DNA of 64,000 nucleotides from contig JAVYVS010000003.1 of NCBI GenBank assembly GCA_038727515.1, positions 128,001 to 192,000 on the forward strand, in the 5' to 3' direction. Positions 57,669-64,000 of the stretch are shown here, piece after piece. Origin of the DNA: Candidatus Methanomethylicia archaeon (GTDB lineage Archaea; Thermoproteota; Methanomethylicia; Culexarchaeales; Culexarchaeaceae). The number at the start of each line of letters is the position of its first letter. Position 1 is the first letter of the stretch. The notes beneath the pieces are model-generated. The model searched no databases. It was given only the letters and a program-made list of their open reading frames with translations, and was not told where the DNA came from. Both the position numbers and the translations under genes were made by a program.

Positions 57669-57959
57669 ATGCAGTTGAGTGAAGTGCAGCAACTTATTAA
57701 AGAAATATACTTTAATAGAGATCGTGAAAGAGGTATAGAAAAAACATTTATATGGTTTGTTGAAGAGGTAGGGGAATTTGCAAAAACTTTGAAGAAAGGT
57801 TCAAAAAGTGATGTAGAAAATGAATTAGCAGATGTGTTTGCTTGGCTTCTTTCACTTGCTAATCTTCTAGAGATAGATTTGGAAAACGCTTTTACTTCTA
57901 AATATAATTGGTGCTGCCCACGATGTAAACAGAATCCTTGTAAATGTCCAATGGAATAA
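57669..57959 (+). CDS. MazG-like nucleotide pyrophosphohydrolase
   Basis: EEVGEF, ELADVFAWLLSLAN, C-terminal CPRC...PC.C. Confidence 0.9.
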   Translation: MQLSEVQQLIKEIYFNRDRERGIEKTFIWFVEEVGEFAKTLKKGSKSDVENELADVFAWLLSLANLLEIDLENAFTSKYNWCCPRCKQNPCKCPME

Positions 57960-58217
57960 ATGTATCCTATAGGAACCAAGAATTTATTATTAGATGAGAG
58001 ATTACCTAATTCATTATTAAGTAAGAGACGGCAACAATGAAATAAAAACTATAAAATAATAAAGATACCAGATAAAGATAAAAAGTAAACTATATATATT
58101 TCACAAATCCTTTATTTAATTAAATAAAACAATAATTTTCTACCAATGTTGAAAATTTCCTTAATATTGAAAATCAAAAATTCTTTTAAATGTTGACCTG
58201 AGGAGGGTTTAAAGATA

Positions 58218-59063
58218 ATGTATGAAGTAAATAAGGTTCGTGAAATAATGACAGAAAATGTTATATATTGTGAAGTTCCGAGCACTCGAGTAGAAGTTTT
58301 ATCCATTATGAAAAAACATAATCTAACATGCTTACCAGTTGTGAAAAAAGGCACTAAAAAACTTGTAGGTATAATAACTCGTTATTCTCTTTTAGAAAAA
58401 CCTATGGAAGAGCAGACGGCGTTAATAATGACTCGTGATCCCATATATGTTTCCCCTAATCACAGGATAAAAGATCTAGCAAAAGCATTTATTGACCATA
58501 GAATTAGATACATACCAGTAGTAGACAATGACGAATTAGTAGGGATGGTTACAGTTAGTGATATTGTTCATAAAGTATTAACTAAATCGACCTTTTATCA
58601 ACCTATAAAAAACTTCATAGAAAGAAACTTCATAGCGTTATGGGATAAAACTCCTATAAATGTTGGATGGAGAATTATGGAATTAGCAAAAATTTATGCT
58701 GCCCCCGTTATAAACTCTAAACTTGAGGTAGTAGGTATTTTTTCAGCGTCTGATATTTTTTCTCATATAGAGATAGTTGTTGATGAACATAAACATGTTG
58801 TTAAAGCCGCTACTGAAGGTCAAGAATGGGATTGGGATTCATTAACGATAATATATGTAGGAAGTAAAAAGCTTATACTTCCCGAAAAACCAATAAGTGA
58901 AATAATGAAACGTGAAATTGTTACATTAAGGGAGGAAACCAGTATAAGTCAATGTGCAAAGAAAATGCGAGATTTAAACTTGCATATACTTCCAGTCGTT
59001 AATTCTGAAGGCGTATTAACTGGTGTTATAAATGATGTGAATTTAATTAAAATTTTAACATGA
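58218..59063 (+). CDS. CBS-domain protein (four CBS repeats)
   Basis: Repeated LPVV...LVGII and IM motifs; WDWD insert. Confidence 0.88.
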   Translation: MYEVNKVREIMTENVIYCEVPSTRVEVLSIMKKHNLTCLPVVKKGTKKLVGIITRYSLLEKPMEEQTALIMTRDPIYVSPNHRIKDLAKAFIDHRIRYIPVVDNDELVGMVTVSDIVHKVLTKSTFYQPIKNFIERNFIALWDKTPINVGWRIMELAKIYAAPVINSKLEVVGIFSASDIFSHIEIVVDEHKHVVKAATEGQEWDWDSLTIIYVGSKKLILPEKPISEIMKREIVTLREETSISQCAKKMRDLNLHILPVVNSEGVLTGVINDVNLIKILT

Positions 59064-59078
59064 ATATCTTGATTAATT

Positions 59079-62000
59079 TTATTCATTCATAGACATAGAC
59101 ATATACTCTATTATTTTTGCTTGTTTTCCCTTTTTACTCTTCTCGAATAACAGTTGTATTTCCTTCATAATTAAATCAAGTCTTTGTTTATAGTATATTG
59201 GCAAATTATATTTTGATATTAAATTGTCTGCAAAGGCCATGTACTTCATAATATTACTCTTATGTACGGTTAATGATAACTTTCCGCCACACTTTATACA
59301 TCTACCGGAAAATGGAGGTCTATTGTATTTTGTATTACATTTTATGCAACGTACTGTTTGAGTGGAAAATGCCCTTAAATTACCCATTAAATCTGGTATA
59401 AAATGATGTTGTAAAACTCTCTCAATAACATCTCTTACATCAACAGCACGAATTTTTTCTGCCATTTTTATTTGTGAAATTATTTTCTCATTCATAGTCT
59501 TTAATTTTTTATACGATGAAACCTTTGGTCCTCGATCTATTGACGTGGTATCAATTGTGAATTTAAATTCCCTATATTGTAATGAGGTTCCAAGTCTATC
59601 TTTTACCTTTTCTACAATTAAACTTACATCTTTTGGATCTACGTTTAATATAGTTTTTTCATAAAATTCTAGTGGAAAGTTTTTACATACTTCCATATTA
59701 TGTACCTCGTCGTCAACCTCATTTGGATCTATAATTAAAGTTAGAACAAGTGGAGCATCCATAAATCCTCCAACTTTTTCTGGTAGGTACATTTTAGAAA
59801 AATTTAAGAAGGCATCTAATGCAAGTAATATTGAATCTTCATCGCCATCACAGTTTCTTCTTTTAGCAGCGTGCCAATATGGATGTGCAAAACATACTTT
59901 TGCATCAGTAAAACCTATAATTCTTCCAATAACTCCACATGAAGTATGAGGTGCTAAACCAATAATTATATGCCCTACTAGATCTTCTTTTCTCCCTATA
60001 TTATAAAATGGTTCTGATTTATAATATCTAATAAGTAACTCATCGATAAATCTTGACACTTTCACTAAATAATCTGCAGCTTCTATCGGTATTATCACAT
60101 CTTGTACTTTAAGTTCAACTATTTGATCATCATTATTTAATTCATTTCCATATATATCCCTTGTGTATCCTAACTCCCTGAGTTTTTCAATGGATGTTTT
60201 TATTTCTTTAGGTTTGAAATGTGTTAATGGCGCATTAGTGACATCAAACCTTATAGTTCCATCCTTATAAACAAAAACCTCGTTTTTTGCTCTTAGTATA
60301 CCTTTCTCAAGAGGTTCTGGTATTCCATATTTATTCATTAATTTTTTAACACCTTTTATAACTCTAGGTGGTGCAGTAATCCCAATATTTATACATGCTC
60401 TTTTTAGTTCATCATATATATCAAATTCATGTTTACGTATTGGATGCATAATTTCATTACACCTTTTGCATCTATCCCCACTTATTTTAAGTCCACATTT
60501 TTCACAAATTTTCACTTCATCTGTTTGACTACCACATTTACTGCATCTGTAATAGATAGTTTCATTTCCGCAATTTTTGCAGATTCTTAAAGGAGCTTCA
60601 ATCTCAATGATCTTTTTACCAGCTTCTTCAACAATATTCCTATTAGTTGATTTTTCCCTTCCAACTGGAAATAGAACGTGTATTGGGGGTTTCATCTTTC
60701 TTTCTTTTGCCTTCTCAGGTCTACCCATTCTTAATCCTACAAATGTGGGTGCTATATCCATAACTCTTATATTTGAAATTAAATTAATAGCTTCTAGTCC
60801 ATTTTTTGCTTCTAATATTCTTCCGATGTCTCCTCCAATTAAACATGCCTCTAAAACTTTTATATCACTTTCATTTATGAATATCTTACTCTTATTCAAG
60901 TCACATTTATGTGGCATCCATATGTTTTCAAGAATTCTTTTTATTTTCGGGTCAAATTCAAATTCCATATTATTTGATAGTCTATACTTCATCATTCTGG
61001 AAAGCCACTCTCTGAGATAAAGTACATCATTTGGATTTATTCCCTTCCAATAATATGTGTATTCTGGATGTAACGGTATCTCCAGTTCTTTAGAAAGTTT
61101 TATTGCTTCTTCAGCTGAAGGTTTAGAGTTTTTAAATATAATTTCCGTTAGCCTTTCCTTATTTATATGTGTTTTTGATGACAATGCTTCTAAATTCTCT
61201 TTAAACTTATTTTTAAATTTCATCTTCAAATCTTCTTGCCACCATTGTTCATCATAGCCTGAAGGTAAGAGCTTACAATTATTTTCTAGAAAATCACCGT
61301 AAGATATTAATACGTCTCCAAGAAAGATTATTTCTTTTATTTTGTCTTTTATTTTCTCTAAATCCACTTGTGAATCAATTCTTACTACACTTTCATCATT
61401 AAGTTTTACTACTGGGCCGCGTAAAGTATCAACAGGCATAATTATTCCGCTTTTTCCAGGCATTTCCATTTTTACCTGCGTTCCTACTGCTAAGAAATCC
61501 CCCAATACGGCCATAGTATATGGATGTAAACCAATGGCTGCTAACCCTGTATTTCTACTTCTACCATACCTAAGTCTAAAACCACCTACCTTAGATGGAT
61601 GTGCAAATACTGGTCTGCCAACTATTACATCCTCTAAATATTTCTCATTTATATCCCCTTCTACCTCCTCTTTTTTGCTTATATCCGATAACCATTCCCA
61701 CCCTTGAAACCCTAATTTCTTTATTATTTTAGATAATTTTTGTGCTTTCCCTAAAATTCCATCATTAATAACTCTACATGCTCCTCCTCTTAACTTATTT
61801 GTTTCAACTCTTGGTAAATCACGATTTATACTTACTTCAATTTGTGCTGTGGGTACACCTGTAACTTCGACTGGTATCATTCTTATTGCTTTTTCTATTT
61901 CTTCTTCACTGTTATGATACTGAAATCTTCCAACATGTCTTTCATGTAACCTTATCTCTTCTATGTATCTCCGTATTTCTTCCTCAGTAGGTTTATACTT

Positions 62001-62522
62001 GTCTAAGTGTAATAATTGCCTTATATAATCTGCTATAAACACTATCAAAGCTTGTTCTGTGCCGCCTGCTGATCTAATGGGTCCTGCGAAATAAACGGCT
62101 AAATATTTTGTTTTATCCGAATTTCTTTTTATCTTTACATGGCTTATACCCTGAATAGGTGCTGCTGTAATTCCCTCAGTTAATATCGCTAATGCAGTCC
62201 TTAAAGCTATTTCAGCGCTCTTTTCAATATCAAAATCACCATACTTTCCATAAATTATTTCTTCGGCTATTTTTAGAGCAACCACCTCTTTATCATGTTC
62301 TTTCAATAACTCTTGTATTCTTTTTGATATATTTACAATACCATATTCTACAAGTAGACCTTCAACTCTTTCAGCAAGATTTGTTGCCAAATATATTTCA
62401 CATCTATCTGATGGATCAAAACCATTCTTCTTAACCTTATTCGCTATTTTGTAAATTTCTTCTACTTTAATCTTCAATTCTTTAAAATAAGAATCATCTT
62501 CTTCATTTTTAGATATGTGCAT
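59079..62522 (-). CDS. polC: DNA polymerase D large subunit (DP2), no intein
   Basis: YFAGPIRSAGGT, GGFRLRYGRSR, RMGRPEK, catalytic KRRNCDGDED, Zn fingers. Confidence 0.97.
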   Translation of the reverse strand: MHISKNEEDDSYFKELKIKVEEIYKIANKVKKNGFDPSDRCEIYLATNLAERVEGLLVEYGIVNISKRIQELLKEHDKEVVALKIAEEIIYGKYGDFDIEKSAEIALRTALAILTEGITAAPIQGISHVKIKRNSDKTKYLAVYFAGPIRSAGGTEQALIVFIADYIRQLLHLDKYKPTEEEIRRYIEEIRLHERHVGRFQYHNSEEEIEKAIRMIPVEVTGVPTAQIEVSINRDLPRVETNKLRGGACRVINDGILGKAQKLSKIIKKLGFQGWEWLSDISKKEEVEGDINEKYLEDVIVGRPVFAHPSKVGGFRLRYGRSRNTGLAAIGLHPYTMAVLGDFLAVGTQVKMEMPGKSGIIMPVDTLRGPVVKLNDESVVRIDSQVDLEKIKDKIKEIIFLGDVLISYGDFLENNCKLLPSGYDEQWWQEDLKMKFKNKFKENLEALSSKTHINKERLTEIIFKNSKPSAEEAIKLSKELEIPLHPEYTYYWKGINPNDVLYLREWLSRMMKYRLSNNMEFEFDPKIKRILENIWMPHKCDLNKSKIFINESDIKVLEACLIGGDIGRILEAKNGLEAINLISNIRVMDIAPTFVGLRMGRPEKAKERKMKPPIHVLFPVGREKSTNRNIVEEAGKKIIEIEAPLRICKNCGNETIYYRCSKCGSQTDEVKICEKCGLKISGDRCKRCNEIMHPIRKHEFDIYDELKRACINIGITAPPRVIKGVKKLMNKYGIPEPLEKGILRAKNEVFVYKDGTIRFDVTNAPLTHFKPKEIKTSIEKLRELGYTRDIYGNELNNDDQIVELKVQDVIIPIEAADYLVKVSRFIDELLIRYYKSEPFYNIGRKEDLVGHIIIGLAPHTSCGVIGRIIGFTDAKVCFAHPYWHAAKRRNCDGDEDSILLALDAFLNFSKMYLPEKVGGFMDAPLVLTLIIDPNEVDDEVHNMEVCKNFPLEFYEKTILNVDPKDVSLIVEKVKDRLGTSLQYREFKFTIDTTSIDRGPKVSSYKKLKTMNEKIISQIKMAEKIRAVDVRDVIERVLQHHFIPDLMGNLRAFSTQTVRCIKCNTKYNRPPFSGRCIKCGGKLSLTVHKSNIMKYMAFADNLISKYNLPIYYKQRLDLIMKEIQLLFEKSKKGKQAKIIEYMSMSMNE

Positions 62523-62590
62523 TCTTGATCACTATATTCATCTGTAATCTAACTTAAAACAAAATTAAATATTCACTACTTACACATAAA

Positions 62591-63346
62591 CTATTTCACA
62601 CTTTTTATTGATTTTATAATTTCTATTATTTTTGTATATTCTTCTCCCTCAATCAATGTCCCCGTAACAATAATATCTGCTCCTGCCTTAACTACTGCCT
62701 TAGCTTGTTCTACTGTTTTTATGCCTCCACCCACTATCAACTTTCCTTTTATTACCTTTTTTACCATGGATATAACTTTTGGAGGAACAGGAGTTTTTGC
62801 CCCCGAACCAGCTTCTAAGTATATGAAACGCATACCCAAATAATTTCCAGCTAATGCATACATTGCAGCAATTTCTGGATGATCATAGGGTATAGGTCTA
62901 GCATGACCTATATATCCCGCTGCTGCTCCATCACCAACTATTATATACCCCATCGGTATAGCCTCAATCTTATATCTATCAATTATAACAGCTCCTTGTG
63001 CTTGTGCATCAATTATATAATACGTATTAGATGAATTTAAAAGAGACATAAACCATATAGCATCTGCATACCTACTTATACCTGATATATTGCCTGGGAA
63101 AAGTATTATGGGAATGTCTTTTGTTATTCTTTTTATACTTAATATTAATTCATCAAGTTGACTTTCAGTTACTCCGATGCTACCTCCAATCATTATAGCT
63201 GCTGTCCCTGCTCTAATAACGTCTGAAATTCTATCAATAGTTGTTGTATCTATTTTTTCAGGATCTATTAAGGTAATATGTATAGCTCCCTCCTTATTTA
63301 TCCTGTCTAAAAGATATGCTTCTGTTTTACCTATTTTTAAACTCAT
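62591..63346 (-). CDS. Geranylgeranylglyceryl phosphate synthase
   Basis: LIDPEK, IMIGGS, ILFPG, YLEAGSGA, VGGGI. Confidence 0.93.
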   Translation of the reverse strand: MSLKIGKTEAYLLDRINKEGAIHITLIDPEKIDTTTIDRISDVIRAGTAAIMIGGSIGVTESQLDELILSIKRITKDIPIILFPGNISGISRYADAIWFMSLLNSSNTYYIIDAQAQGAVIIDRYKIEAIPMGYIIVGDGAAAGYIGHARPIPYDHPEIAAMYALAGNYLGMRFIYLEAGSGAKTPVPPKVISMVKKVIKGKLIVGGGIKTVEQAKAVVKAGADIIVTGTLIEGEEYTKIIEIIKSIKSVK

Positions 63347-63349
63347 TTT

Positions 63350-63607
63350 TTACCCCCTCATTTGCTTACTTAATTCTCCCGAGTAATACATGTCTATAAA
63401 CTTACCATAAACATCAACATCTGTGAAGATTGATGGTATCATAATTTCAGCATTTATTTTACAATTTCCACAGGTAATTTTAGCTTTACCCTCTTCCTCA
63501 TTAATTTCTATTTTTATTGATTTTTTACCACAATTAGGGCATTGGAATATTTTTGGTATTCTTTTAGGCGGTCTTAAAGGCAATTTCTTTTTGTATTTTT
63601 TACCCAT
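63350..63607 (-). CDS. elf1: Transcription elongation factor Elf1
   Basis: Basic N-terminus, FQCPNCG...CGNC, DVY..FID. Confidence 0.9.
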   Translation of the reverse strand: MGKKYKKKLPLRPPKRIPKIFQCPNCGKKSIKIEINEEEGKAKITCGNCKINAEIMIPSIFTDVDVYGKFIDMYYSGELSKQMRG

Positions 63608-63627
63608 ATTTACCTCGACCTCTTATT

Positions 63628-63726
63628 TTATTTTTCAATTTTTTCTATAAGAATGTAAATTAATGATAATAACAATGTTACTATTGAAAAAATAATCAAA
63701 AAATCCATTAATGATGAAATCCACAT
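63628..63726 (-). CDS. Possible 32-aa single-TM microprotein
   Basis: MWISSLMDFLIIFSIVTLLLSLIYILIEKIEK*, upstream of and co-oriented with elf1. Confidence 0.3.
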   Translation of the reverse strand: MWISSLMDFLIIFSIVTLLLSLIYILIEKIEK

Positions 63727-63803
63727 AATGATCAGTGATACAATCTTCTTTTAAATATTTAAACTTTAAATATTTCATTGTCCATATTGGCTATAGAATT
63801 AAA

Positions 63804-64000
63804 ATGGGAACAATACAGATAAAAACCTCTATAAAAGACCTAGTTTATATAACCCTTCAGCATATGAAGAAAAGAAAATCTAGAATATTATTATCCATTG
63901 GGAACATTTTTTTAGGTATAGCTCTAGTATCTTCGATGATGATAATTAGCTCATCTTATGCTACTAGAAATTCTTCCACTTTATTAATGGTAAATTTAAA
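63804..64000 (+). CDS. ABC transporter permease (MacB/FtsX-like) N-terminus; runs off the window edge
   Basis: MGTIQ...LQHMKKRKSRILLSIGNIFLGIALV pattern typical of the first TM of FtsX/MacB permeases. Confidence 0.55.
   Translation, partial: MGTIQIKTSIKDLVYITLQHMKKRKSRILLSIGNIFLGIALVSSMMIISSSYATRNSSTLLMVNL

Noticed and set aside
57632-57979. 115-aa minus-strand ORF
   Set aside because: Antisense shadow of the MazG gene
59079-62522. Intein in DP2
   Set aside because: The RRNCDGDED site is uninterrupted and the length (1147 aa) is intein-free

Overview
AT-rich chromosome segment from a thermophilic-looking TACK-type archaeon. It has a high-GC 16S-23S operon with no spacer tRNA and no linked 5S, Elf1, SmAP3, archaeal lipid genes (GGGPS, DGGGPS, EgsA) and the PolD large subunit. 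Most of the window is core informational and metabolic genes, six tRNAs, the rRNA operon and RNase P RNA. Notable parts: (1) a 2-oxoacid:ferredoxin oxidoreductase operon running straight into mvhD-G-A hydrogenase genes (1-4246); (2) a decayed ~5.5 kb integrative island at tRNA-Arg(CCT) with nested att-like repeats, integrase, Cdc6 and IS remnants, a ClC gene and a HEPN gene (9.2-14.7 kb); (3) a divergent TFB paralog heading a Tad/type IV pilus-like cluster (29.6-34.6 kb); (4) a candidate C/D-box guide sRNA (36.2 kb); (5) a 4.8 kb gene-poor region after initiator tRNA-Met with ORB-like boxes, many inverted repeats and three HTH/wHTH genes but no cdc6, a probable replication origin (52.6-57.4 kb). 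All calls come from motif recognition by eye; no database searches were run.
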